Source: Felis catus (taxonomy: Eukaryota). Taken from it: 64,000 nt of DNA. Of the stretch, positions 39,221 to 51,293 are shown in pieces; the stretch's first letter is position 1; each line of letters starts with the position of its first letter. The stretch lies in assembly GCF_018350175.1 (NCBI RefSeq), contig NC_058368.1, positions 89,902,001 to 89,966,000 of the forward strand, in the 5' to 3' direction. The notes below the pieces were generated by a model. The model saw only the letters and a list, made by a program, of their open reading frames with translations. It made no database searches and was not told the DNA's origin. The position numbers and the translations under genes were made by a program.

Positions 39221-41294
39221 AAATGTGCACCTGTCTCCATCCTAGAGATCTGTTTTGCTCTGGATTGCCTCACTCTTGGACAGCTCCTCCCCACCCCACC
39301 CCAAAGTTGACAAGAGGGTCCCCAACATCACCAGTCTACCCTCCAGACAGCTGTGCCACCAGACAGGGAAGAAGCTCATCTTTTCTGATCTCTCCCATGT
39401 CCCTGAGCAGGTTGTCAAGAGCTCAGCATGAGCCACATGCTGATTTCCTGAACCAATACCAGGGCCAGGGGGACCTAGTGGCTATGTGGTCCAGGTCACA
39501 TAACTAGTCCCAAAGCAGGAGGGATAATGGGCTAGCAGATGCAGATACCTCCACAGGGGTCCTAGCATCCATGCCACTCCTCACTGGGGAGCTGGATGGG
39601 AGATAGATCTGGAAGCTGCTAGGATCCCAGGGCTCCTGGTGTCTTGGTGCTTGCCAAGGGCCTGATGACACCATGCTGTTCCCACCTCAGTTACATAGGG
39701 TGGGACTCGAGTTCCCATCTCTGGGCTGGGGCAGAACAGCCTCATCTCCAGACTCCAAACTCCAGCTATCATTGTCAGCAGTGGGACCTTTGCACATGCC
39801 TGAACTTCCCTTCTCCAGTCTGTTAACTTCCTCTGGCAAGCTGCCCTGGGTCTACACTGACCTGTACCAACTCCAGCCCCAGCCCAGTCCCAGGCAGAGT
39901 CTGGCCCCCTCCCCACCAACCTGCCCTGCCCCCTCCCTGTCTCCCAATCCCAACCTGGAATGTTCTTGTTCTCCTGGTGTCACTGGATTAATGTCTGCCT
40001 CCCACCACTCTGTAAGTGCCACATGAGTCCCTGGAATGGACTGTTTCCACTCATCATTAAATCCCATTAAGCATCAGGACAGGTATGAAGCAGCTGCTTA
40101 GGAATGAGGGAATGAATGGATGAACGAAATGAAAGTGACCCTGCAGAGTGAAGGGTGAAAGGCAAACACAGCTGCTCCAGAACCGGTTCCACTGTTTCCC
40201 AGCAGGATGACTCAACCAAACCCCTTCCTTACTGTGGCTGAGCCTCAGTTTCCTCAACGGGCAAGTGGGTAAACCAAACACCTTCTCCCCCGTAGGACCT
40301 GCAGAGCCCTGGTGAAGCTACAGAGATTAATTACATCAGGAAAAATGCCAGACAAGACGCAAAAAGTTTCGTTTTGTGCTCTAACACGACTGGGGAGGAT
40401 CTGTTTAGAATATCAAGATTTTTTTTTTTTTTTTAAGTAAAATAAAAAACACCAGATGGCTTCAAAGTACGCCAGTGTTGGGCCAGTTCTCGTGACCTTC
40501 CTCGGGAGACCGAGGCCCGGAGCGCAGTGGGGAGGGGAGGAGACGGCCGGGAACCAGGGCGGAGGAACTCAAGTCTCAGTGACTCACAGCTGGGCCCCAT
40601 TCGGGCTCTTGGCGGGTGGGCGGAGAAGCCCCTGGCTTGTGCAGGCCAGTGCGCTGAGGACAGGTCCGCCAGCGCTGCTCACAGGTCCGCCAGGGCTGCT
40701 CCGGGAGGGGGTGGTTCCCTGGGTCGCTCCTGCTTGGCTCACGACCTGGGGGGAATCCTCATCTTGAAGCTCCGGCTCTCCAGGAAATCCCGGGTTCGAA
40801 TTCTGCCACTGCCAGAATTTGTCAATTCCGGCTGCCCTGTTTTGGCAAAGTCCCTTTCCACCTCGGAGGGGGCCTCAGTTTTCTCATTTATCAATCAGGC
40901 TCTAGAGTTCTCTCCTTACAGAGAGGGGACCAGGCTTGAACACCTACAGTGTGCAGAGATTCTGGTGCCCTCGGAGAAGCCCGGCAAACAGAAGGGCGCA
41001 CAGGGGAACACGTGCGTCACGCCCGCCATTGTGCTCTGCGTCTTAATCCTCACCAGGACCAGGCAGGTAGGTTCCATGGTCATCCCATTTTACAGACTGG
41101 GAAACTGAAGCACAAAGCGATTCAGTCCCCTGTCCAAGGTCCCACGCCTAGACCGAGCCTGAGTCTGGGTGTGAACTCAGACGGTCTCCACCCCCCGGTC
41201 CATCTTCAGGACCCGACACCCAGGCGTTACAGACCGAACTTGAGCCTGGGAGCCGCCCCTCGCCCAGTTCCCTGACTCCTGGGGGCCCAGTCCC

Positions 41295-41395
41295 CACCGT
41301 TGTCACGACAACCGGGGACCAATGGGGAGCAGGCAGGCGGGAGGAGGCCCCGCCCTGGCCCCGCCTCTGGCGGAGGGCTCCGAGCTATAAGGTCC
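41295..41395 (+). promoter_or_regulatory. GFPT2: GFPT2 core promoter: palindromic X-box-like site, CCAAT, GC boxes, TATA
   Basis: GTTGTCACGACAAC 41299-41312, CCAAT 41319-41323, CCCCGCCC 41348-41355 and a second CCCCGCC just after, TATAAG 41386-41391. TSS inferred at about 41415-41420. Confidence 0.8.
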
Positions 41396-41507
41396 TGAGG
41401 CCGAGCGGCGGGAGTCCAGGCCCGCGGAGCGCCAGGCGCGCACGGAATTCCGAGTGTCCAGAGCGCGCAGAGTCCCAGAGCCGCGAAGGGCGCAAGCAGC
41501 AGTCACG

Positions 41508-41514
41508 ATGTGCG
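41508..41514 (+). CDS. GFPT2: GFPT2 coding exon 1 (ATG TGC G: Met1, Cys2, first base of Gly3)
   Basis: gtcacgATGTGCG|gtgagt with a strong donor, inside a CpG island 120 bp downstream of TATAAG. Joins exon 2 to give [10 protein letters not shown], the class II glutamine amidotransferase N-terminus. Confidence 0.95.
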
Positions 41515-42650
41515 GTGAGTGTGGTGGCCGCGGGTTCCGGCTCCCCAGTCTCTCGGTGCCTGGGCCCGAGAGCCGGGCGCCGGGGACCCGGAGGTGGTGC
41601 GGGATGGGGGCATCGATCTGTCCAGGTCCGAGAAGGGGCTTTCACCGGCCGGGCCTGCCTCCTTCTGCCCCTTGTCTCCGAGTGGGTGTCCCAGGGAGGG
41701 GTGGGGGAGAAGGGTGCCCAACCCTGGTGTCGGACTTGGTGAGGGCGACCCGGCCCGGCCGCCCACGGAGGGGACGAAATTGGTCCTGTCCCGGGCCTGG
41801 ACCCTCACAACACAGAGGTATCCTCCCTCCCTCCCCCCATGTCCAGTGAGAAAAGCACCCCAAGTCGCCCACAAAGGCGGCCACGCGCAAGCTCACGCAT
41901 CCGGGGCGCGGGGTGCCCAGCACTGCTCTCAGCCCACCGCACCCACCCAGGAGAGGCGACCCCACCTGCAACCTCCCGGCAGCCGGCCGGGCTCGCCCCC
42001 GTGGCGTCGGGAGCTGCCCTCGTGCGCTCGGGAAGGGCCTGTGCGTTCTCCTCGCGTGCCAAAATGAACCTCTTGTCCCTAGAAGGGTCGATTCCATGTT
42101 GCCACCTCTTTGCTGAAAGAGCTCTCGGCGAGGCTTGGGGGGAAAGGCAGCATGGACCGCCGAGCCTCGAGGCAAAGCTGGGAGAAGGAGTCCGGGACGA
42201 GGAGTGGGGCTGGGCTCCGGCGTCCTGAACACCGCGGCGCCTCGGCGCTGTCCCGGGAGACTGCTGGGCCATGGCGAGGGCTGCTGCGGCCCTGCGCGCA
42301 CATCTGCAATTCCTTACTCTCCTGGCTGGGCCGCCTCCGCTGGCTGGGGAGAGGGCCGGGAACTTGTGCTGGGACAAAAGGTCACTGTGCCTTTTTTATT
42401 TTTTTTCCTTGAGTAGGATTCAGTTACCCATTCCAGCCTCCTGTGGCTGGAGGACCTGGTGGAACTTTTGAAGCCATGAAAGGCCTCTGTCTGACTTCGC
42501 AGAGGGCTGTGGGGCGGGATGTGCCAGCGGTGAGCCCTGGGCCAAGATCTGTACAGGCCTTGTTTCTGAGGCCAACGGCTCCTGAAAGTGTAAAAGAACC
42601 ACTGACCAAGGAGCCCACAGCTCGCTTTGGGATGCAGACTCCCCCAGGCC

Positions 42651-42738
42651 AAGCGGGCATCAATTTAAATTCCTGAACTTTCAGCAAAAATCTCCGGGCT
42701 CCAGGGCATCGTTAACAATGTATAGGGCTGCCTTGGAT

Positions 42739-42778
<40 letters not shown>

Positions 42779-43081
42779 AGCAAAGGTGGCAGTTTTGCCA
42801 GAAGCCCTTTGGGTTCTAAACCCTTCAGTGTGGCATTCAAGGCCCTTGGCCAACTGGTGGCCTTAAGTGGGCATCAATTTAAATTCCTGAACTTTCAGCA
42901 AAAATCTCGGGGCTCCAGGGCATCGTTAACAATGTATAGGCCTGCCTGTGGATGTTTCCCACGAGAGAGAGAAAGAGAGAGAGAGAGGGAAAAGAAGCAA
43001 AGGTGGCAGTTTTGCCAGAAGACCTTTGGGTTCTAAACCCTTCAGTGTGGCATTCAAGGCCCTTGGCCAACTGGTGGCCTT
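42651..43081 (+). repeat. Tandem duplication (214 bp + 217 bp)
   Basis: Both copies start aagYgggcatcaatttaaattcctgaactttcagc and end ggcccttggccaactggtggcctt. Confidence 0.95.
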
Positions 43082-44504
43082 AGAGCCAGACTAGTGCACT
43101 GACCAAGACCCTTGCTCTGCCTCTCCAGCACTGGCAATTTCCCTCCTTTCTCCTCTCAGGTGCCCTTCTGGGCCCGCCTCTCCCCCAGCCTACCTTCCTG
43201 CTTCCAACTTGCATCTAGCTTTCTCTGTTGTCTCTCTGAGCCCATCTCTGCAAAGAGAGATGGGCTCAGACTCTCCAAATCTGGGGTCCTGTTCTGCTCT
43301 CTTAAAGGGCTGCACATGTCTTGTCCCCTAAGGAAAGGATGAGCTTTGGCCCTGTGACTACCTGTATCCTTACATCAAGCCCCCCCACCCCAGCCTATCC
43401 CACCCACCTTGCAGCCCTTGGTTAAGTCAGGGAGTGATATCCAACATGGGAAAGTTATTTCTTTTCACCTGGGTGCTAATGTGTCATTTACAGAGCCCCT
43501 CCCCCCCCCAACACTGGCTGAGCACCCCTTGCATGGAGAAGGCCATCCCAAGTCAAACCTGACAACAGCTGCTGTCGAGAATTAAACACGTTGTTCTCTT
43601 TTTTTGTTTGTTTGTTTGTTTCTGGATAATGGCCTGTGTGTGCATGACAAGTGATACTGGTTTTCCTTTTTATGGTTGTGTTCTTTTGTGGAACATTTAT
43701 GTCAGTTTTCAAACATTTGGTCAATTTTATAGAAAAATGTTAAGGCAATGATTGTGCACTTGGTACAAGGACAGGGCAGAAATTGTGAAGAAGCTCCTGG
43801 AATAAGTCGCTTACCCTCGTCAACTTTCCATTTGGGGAACTGGAAGCCAAAGGGGTCTGCGCATGCCTATGTCTGAGCAGGAGCAGTCTTAGGTCTTCTC
43901 TCTGGGCTGGCTGTGGCCCTGCTGTGATCTGCCACCTCGAATGCCACCTGTGATGTGGTCACATCTTCAGGGCTGTTCCGTCCATGGTCAGCAGGGGTTG
44001 AGCTGAGAGCCTTCCCTTCAGCTGCTAATGACCAGGCTTAGGTTGGCTCTTACTCCCCGTTGTGTACGCCACTTCTCCCGCAGAAACCTGGACCCAGTGC
44101 TAGCTGACCCTGCACACACTGAGAAGATGCCCCTCAGAGCTTCAGTGCACTGAGAGTTTAGCTGAGGGACAGGTAGGTTTTGTTGACATCTGAGAGACGC
44201 TGGCATGTTGCTGTCTGCCAATAGAAAGGTTATTATCTTCCCATTCCTCCTCTCCTTCCTTCTTTGCTCAGCCATTAGTGAAGTGCTGCTCCTGGAGAGG
44301 TCCTGTGTTTTCCAGGCCCTGGGGCCACATGGGCACGAGCCTCCCCTCAGAGAAGGGACAAGGAGTTGGAGAGGCAGGTGGTCACCAAGCAGGGATGGGG
44401 TAGCTCACTAGGTAAAAGCTGCCACAGAGAGAAGACATCTGACACAAGCCACAGCCTGGTAACTCTGTGCCAACCAGTCGGCAGACATCTTTCTGTGTGG
44501 TACA

Positions 44505-44615
44505 CAGGGCTTAAACTTTATGTTTTAAAGTCTTCCATTACAAAACTGGGAGATTTCACATAAGTAGGGAGGATTTTCAAGTTCTCTTGAAAAAATCTGA
44601 AGATGAGCAGCCCTG
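44505..44615 (-). mobile_element. MER103-like hAT remnant
   Basis: gggagatttcacataag..gattttcaagttctcttgaaaaaatctgaagatgagcagccctg. Confidence 0.45.
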
Positions 44616-44941
44616 AGTTATATATATCTGAATAATGCACGGTGGCACCTAGGATGATGGGTGCTAGCTCACCAGTCCTCCTGCCCAGCTGCCTCACTCA
44701 CTGATGTTACCTGATGGCCCACACGCAGTCTGAGTTGAGACCCCAGCACAGCAGAGGCAGGGAGCACTAACTTTCCCAGGAACAGTACTGCAAGAGCCTG
44801 GCCTCAAGTATGAGCTCCACAGAGAGAAGAGGGTGACAGGTGTGCCAGGCTGAGAGCACAGCATGTTCAAGGGCATGGCGGTGTAGACCATGCATGCATG
44901 AGAGTTTGGCAAAAAGGATTGCACTTACCATCCGTGAATTC

Positions 44942-44967
44942 TTTTTTTTTTTAATGTTTTATTTATT

Positions 44968-45018
<51 letters not shown>

Positions 45019-45185
45019 ATGCAAGGAGGGGAGGGGTAGAAAGAGGGGGGCAGAGAATCCGAAGCAGGCTCTGCACTGACAACAGGGACCCCAGTGTGGG
45101 ACTTGAACTCACAAACCATGAGATCATGAGCTGAGCTTATGTCAAGTCAGACGCTCAACCAAGTGAGCCACCCAGTTGCACCCCC
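44942..45185 (-). mobile_element. Can-SINE with long (GA)n
   Basis: TSD ccatccRtgaattctt. Confidence 0.9.
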
Positions 45186-45337
45186 ATCCATGAATTCTTA
45201 AATCTGCCCTATCTTTTACTCCTGCATTTAGTAATTTATGAGAGGGGAGGAAAAAACTTGGCCATGGAAAATTAGCAAATTCTTAGATTTTGCTAGAAGG
45301 TAAAAAGACTTTGAAGTCGTTATCTTTTGTCTTAGTT

Positions 45338-45800
45338 GGTATATTAGTTTCCACTGGCTGCTGTAACAAATTAGCACAAACTTGTTGCTTTAAAACAACC
45401 TAAATTTATTTTCTCACAGTTTCGGAGGCTAGAAGTCCAAAACTCAGTTTTATGGGACCAAAATCAAGGTGTCAGCAGGGCCCCACTTTCTCTGGACACT
45501 CTAGGGAAGAATCTGTCCCTTGCCTCTTCCAGCTTTGGTGGCTGCCAGCATCCCTCGGCTTGCATCTCTTGATTCCAGTCTGTGCCTCTGTGGTCACCTC
45601 ACCTTCTCTTCCATGTCAAATGTCCCTCTGCCTCCCTTTCATAACAATACTTGTGACTGCATTTAGGGCTCAACTGGATAATACAGGAAAGTCTCCCATC
45701 TCAAGATCTTTAATTTAATCATATCTCCAAAGACCTTTTTGCATCAAGATATTTTTATAGCTTCCAGGGATTAGGACCCGATATCTTTGAGGGCCATTGT
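45338..45800 (-). mobile_element. MaLR LTR (MLT1C/D-like) in GFPT2 intron 1
   Basis: gtatattagtttccactggctgctgtaacaaattagcacaaac..ttctcacagtttcggaggctagaagtcc..ctagggaagaatctgtcccttgcctcttccagct. Confidence 0.8.
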
Positions 45801-45822
45801 TTATTTATCCATTATCCAATAA

Positions 45823-46047
45823 TTTTTAAAAACATTTTTAATGTTTATTTATTTCAAGGGAGAGAGAGAGTATGTGATCAGGGGAAGGGCAGAGAGAGAG
45901 GTAGACACAGAATCCAAAGCAGGCTCCAGGCTCTGAGCTGTCAGCACAGAGCCTGACCCAGGGCTTGAAGGTTTGAACTCATGAACTGTGAGATCATGAC
46001 CTGAGCTGAAGGCAGACGCTTTACTGGCTGAGACACCCAGCTTCCCC
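45823..46047 (-). mobile_element. Can-SINE
   Basis: TSD tatccattatccaataattt. Confidence 0.9.
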
Positions 46048-46477
46048 TATCCATTATCCAATAATTTATCCATTATTATTTGGGCTCTGGCTTTTAGGTG
46101 CCTTCCCCAAGAATAGTCCAATGTTGCTAATCTCAGATGGTCAAGTCATGGCCACAGGGATGTTGGCCAGAGGCTACCAGTCTCCCCTCTATGTCTGACA
46201 CACACATGGAAGTGCCCTGGTCCCAGAACTTGCAGACTGGACCCACCATAGTCGGAGGGTGAATGTAGGCATCAGTTAAAGACCCCATCCTTCACTGGCA
46301 TGGTGCTACATACCCCGTTTGACCAAATAGTTTCCAGTTTTTCTAGAAGTCAGGGCTTGTGTCCTGTAAATATGGCACTCACTCCATTTGGCCTCCATGC
46401 ATGTAGATATTTTTCCTACTCATCTCTTCCTTGTGAGAAGGAGGTGTGGTTTCATTCTCCAGAATCAAAAGGGGCCA

Positions 46478-46479
<2 letters not shown>

Positions 46480-46521
<42 letters not shown>
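46480..46521. repeat. (CA)n microsatellite
   Basis: Seen directly. Confidence 0.95.
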
Positions 46522-46523
<2 letters not shown>

Positions 46524-47903
46524 CTATCTGCTTACACAGCAGTCTTTAGGAGAGCTTGTCATGTGCTTAGGGGGGGTTGTCTCTCATTTCAGCTGAGGAA
46601 ACAGAGTTCCAGGGAGTTTACAAGACACAGGGGAGAGCTCAGACTTCTTCTGGCTCTGGGAACCCCGTCATATCTAACACTCCTTTCCTCCCTGTAATGG
46701 TTCAGTTCATGGAAGGGTACCTCAGAAGGGGCTGGACTGGAGTTCTTGGGGAATAGACTCTGGGGTCAGATTGCTTGCCTTGCTATGTCCCCAAGCCACA
46801 AGAGCCTCGCCAAACAGAGCCCCTGCTCAGGGATGTGCTGCTAAATGTTTGACCACCGGCTCACCATGGCTAATTTCAGGTCATCAATGTGAAGTCCTGA
46901 TGGTGGAGTTGAGAAGAGGTGCATATGGTTGGCTCACGGAAGCCAGTCCTAGAAGTTCCCAATCCCTGCTGGCATCCTGCCCACAAGACCACTGTGTGCA
47001 CTCTCAGACAGATGGCTTCCCAGAAGCCATCTGGGGAGGGGCTCAGGGCTGGAAGTGATCTTCCCACCTCCTCCTCCCCTTCATCACGCCATTCCTCCAT
47101 CAGTTGGTCTTATTCACTGGGGGTTTCCCAAGTTCACAGGAACCTTCTGGAAATTCGGTGATGTAACATTAGCAGACAGTGCTTTTACATTGAAGGATTA
47201 TTTTCATATTTAGTGAAATTTGCTCGTAAAGGGAGATGGACTGGAGGTTAGAAACACCCTTGGGAGAAAGTTCTGGAGATTGATGCAAAAAGAAGCAAGT
47301 TGATCTGATCGGCTGCCTCTTTCGTTTTCTAAGGGAATATTTCACCAAAAAAAGTTTGACTTTATTTTTACGGCCAAATTTTGGCAGTTTAAACAAGACT
47401 TCACACTTTCTTGAAAGCGTGTTTTAGTACAATTTAGAGTATATGTTGTTTCTCCCTTTGCTCTTTGTGAAATCCTGAAATGACAAGGACAACAAGAACT
47501 TTTTTCTTAAAAATAGAAATGCCTTGCCCACATTTACTGCAGGAAGTGGAGTCTCCTGTTATCACAGGGATTCCAGTGGTGCGGTAAACTTTAACCCATG
47601 GGGTCCCAGAGAAGCCAGAGGCAGGGTGAGGCCGTCCTCAGAGGAGCCAGTTCCCTCCTGACCTTGAGCCAGGCTTTGGGGTCCCTGTGTCTTTGTGTGA
47701 GAACACTGCCGTGGGACCTCTCGTCCCCTTGGCACCTCTGCCTTTGGTCTTGCTTCTGCGAGGAGGCAGCAGGAATTGTAGTCCCCATGCATCAATGTGG
47801 TGCTGCCCAGAGAGGTCACAGCCTCCACTGTGGTCCTCTTGGTTGGCCCAGTGGCCTCCCTGACCTGGGGGCCTCACCCAGGAGAGTAGACCTGCTCCAT
47901 AAC

Positions 47904-48725
47904 TAACACACCACATACAAATACCCAACAGTCAAACCCACACTCACACCCACACGCACTCACACACACCCAACACTCAAACCCACACTCACACCCACAC
48001 ACTCACACCCACCCAACACTCAAACCCACACACACACACCCAACGCTCAAACCCACACTCACACCTATACACACTCACACTCACTCCACATTCAAACCCA
48101 CACTCACACCCATACACACTCACCCACCCAACACTCAAACCCACACTCATATCCACACCCACCCAACACTCAAACACACACTCACACCTATACACACCCA
48201 ACATTCAAACCCACACTCACACCCACACACACTCACGCTCACTCCACACTCAAACCCACTCACACCCATACACACACCCAACACTCAAACCCACACTCAC
48301 ACCCATATACTCACACCCACCCAACACTCAAACCCACACTCATATCCACACCCACCCAACACTCAAACCCACACTCACACCCATACACTCACACACACAA
48401 CAGTCAAACCCACACACACATACCTAACACTCAAACCTGTACTCACACCTATACACGCTCATACTCATACACACCCACAGACACCCAACACTCAAACCCA
48501 CATTCACACCCACACATGCTCATACTCATGCACACTCACACCCAACACTCAAATACAAATTCACACATACACATGCACACTCATACTCTCACACACACCC
48601 AACGCTCAAACACACATTCGCATCCACTCATATATACTCACACACCCCAACACGCTCACTCACACACATACACACCCTGATACTCAGACACTCACATGTA
48701 TACACACACTCTCACAAACACACAT
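47904..48725. repeat. CA-rich degenerate minisatellite
   Basis: Recurrent cccaacactcaaacccacactcacaccca-type units of ~30-40 bp, almost G-free. Confidence 0.9.
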
Positions 48726-51080
48726 GCTCAGGAATTTTGTGAGAAAAAAATCCAACCGGCATGTCTTCTGCCTGGGTGGAGAGTAAGCCGACTTGAGAAC
48801 TGGACGAGTATCTAATCTGTACTAAGCTCGTGGACTAAGAAGGTCAGCCCCTTCAGTGCGGAGAAGCATGGGATGGTGGTGGAGAAAGCACCCTCAGTCC
48901 TGGGGGGGGGGCGGGGGGTGCCCAGCCTGGCTGGGTGGTAATGTGCACCCGTGGAGTGAGCCCCTAACCCTTGGGGGATGCAGGCTGGATTTCTGCCTCG
49001 AACTGTCCACCCTCACTTACAGCGAGGGCAGGCCTTTCATTGGGAAGCTAATGCCTAGAGGGAAGGAGAGATTTTCCAAAACTGTAGTCACAGATTCATA
49101 ATACAGACCCCAGCCTGCCCACTGTGAATTTGACCTCTTCCCTCATCCTCCAGGCCTCAAATAGCCCCTGCTCCTCTCCGCCACCCCAGGCATTCCAAGG
49201 GTTATAAAGAAGATTCTAGGAGTTTGGTGCTCTCAGTTTTGGCTATGTGTCCGGGGGACTTGGCCTCCCGATTTGATCATTGTCGTCATCTGTCACTCCG
49301 AGGCTGAGAGTCCCCTGCCTGCATGGAAGGACCTCATTATGGTGCCTTTCATCCTGAGTTCCAGTATGATCTTTCATGCTGTTTGCAGAGGGTGTGTTGG
49401 ATCCCCCAAGACCCCAAGGTGAGCCAGGCAGAGGGGCCACTAGTCTCCATCCTGCCTCCATCTGGTGCTTTTCCTGGGGTTTAATTTGGCTTTTCTCCTT
49501 TTCACTCACTTTCTCCATGTGATTTAAGAGTAGGGCCCTGGGAAGCTGTTGGGAAGCTCTGGATGCCAGAGTGGGGTGTGGGCACGGGGCAGGTGCTGAG
49601 CTGGGGTGGTTGGGCCAGAGTGGCCTCTGTCCCAAGGCTAGGCATTTCTTTAAGCCACCTCAGGAGGGATCTTACCGTCTTGCCTGTGCAAGGGAGGGAG
49701 GGACACAGGAGGAGCCAGACTTGCTGTAGTTGCCGTGACCCGGAGGGGCAGAGAAAGTGGAGTCAGAAGCAGGAATGTCTGGTGGGGGCCAAGAAGGAGT
49801 CTCCCAGGGATCGAGAGAGGGCATGGCAGCATGGCCTGGACCCCACCAGGGGAGCTCAGAGGTTTTTTCATCAGGGTGGGCATCTCCCCCCAAAAACCAA
49901 GTCACCTCTATGGGAGCTATTTCTCACTCCCTGGGGTAGGACCGTAAGACAGGGCTTATGCTGACTTGGGGGGAGCACCAGGGAGACAACCTGCAGTCAC
50001 TCAGATAAACCCGGCTGTGACTCACTACAAGAGCCAGAGGTACTCTGTCTGTCCATGGGAACCACAGCCTTGGCACAGGACGTCATGAGGATCAGACAAG
50101 ATAAGGTTCTGAAAGTATTGGCTTCCTGTGCATCCCCCGCATTTTCTACATGAGCACCTCACACTACCCAGAAGTGGGAACACCCCTGGGTGACCCTGAG
50201 CCCGCCCTTTTATACATGGGAAGGTGTGCTCAGGCAGAGTTTCCCCTCCTTGTGGCCATCGTTCTTCTGGGTGAGCAGGACTGGGGAGTCATGGAGAAGT
50301 CTGCAAAGTCAGACTGGGCTGGATGACAATCCCATACCCCCCAATATCTCATTCATAGAGCCGCACATGGTAAAATAGAATATATGGGCACGTGACGAAA
50401 TATTGTAACCTTACAAAGAGCACATGTGGAGTGGAAAGGAAGTTTCTGGCCTACATCCAGTCCCCTCCTCAGGGGCAACCACTGCCCCCACCCCCGCCCA
50501 GGTCTCGGGTGCCCTTCCAGAAATACGTGTCTCCCCACCCCTCCTTGCATAATTTACTCCTGTTCTGTGAGCTGCTTTCTCCCCTGACACATCTTGGAGA
50601 TGTAGCTTGTTTTCCAGGAAAACACCGAACTTCACTTCATTCTCTATGGAAGGCCACTTGCCTATGGTCCCACAGGGGCCCCACCACATGGCTGCACTGC
50701 CACTTCCCTGGTCCCTGCCACGCAGCAGGCTGTCCCCAGTCTCCAGCACTGAGCAACCATCCTCCTGCACTCACACATACCCCACTGCGGAGTTATCTGT
50801 TGGATACATTCCTAGCAACAGCTCTGGCCAACAGATGTGTACATTTTTAATTTTGAAAGATTGCCAAATTGCCTCCCAAAAAGGGTGCACAAATTTAAAC
50901 TCTTGCTTCTTGTCAAACTCTTGGATCTTTGCTGATCTCATAGGTGAAAAATGGATCCTCACTGCTGTTCTTTTTACAGATGCAAGGGATTCCAGACAGG
51001 AATTCTGACGTGCATGGCAAAAGAAATGCCTGAGAAAAGCAGTTTTATTCCATTTCTTAAATTAAAAAAAAAAAATCTTT

Positions 51081-51291
51081 TGGGCGCCTGGGTGGCTTGG
51101 TCGGTTGAGCGTCCGACTTCGGCTCTGGTCATGATCTCGCGGTTTGTGAGTTCGAGCCCCACATCAGGCTCTGTGCTGACAGCTCAGGGCCTGGCGCCTA
51201 TTTCGGATTCTGTGTCTCCCTCACTCTCTGCCCCTCCCCCATTCACACCCTGTCTCTCTCTCCTTCAAAAATCAATAAACATTTAAAAAAA
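51081..51291 (+). mobile_element. Can-SINE (tail-to-tail with next)
   Basis: SINE consensus; flanking repeat ttaaaaaaaatcttt. Confidence 0.92.
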
Positions 51292-51293
51292 TC

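Larger units (their letters stand above)
40500..42400. promoter_or_regulatory. CpG island over GFPT2 promoter, exon 1 and start of intron 1
   Basis: Visibly high GC and dense CpG (cgcg, gcgc, ccgg) relative to CpG-depleted flanks; densest ~41200-42350. Boundaries by eye. Confidence 0.85.

Noticed and set aside
41454..42471. Many overlapping 100-220 aa ORFs at the promoter
   Set aside because: Stop-poor CpG island; only the 7-nt ATGTGCG followed by a donor fits the GFPT2 frame.
42651..43081. Repeat array as CRISPR-like or as a duplicated small gene (62/63-aa MAKGLECH ORFs)
   Set aside because: Only two long units with no spacers, in a eukaryotic intron; the ORFs run through a microsatellite and have no homology I recognise.
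47989..48204. Cys/Val/Gly-rich ORF
   Set aside because: Translation of the CA-rich minisatellite.
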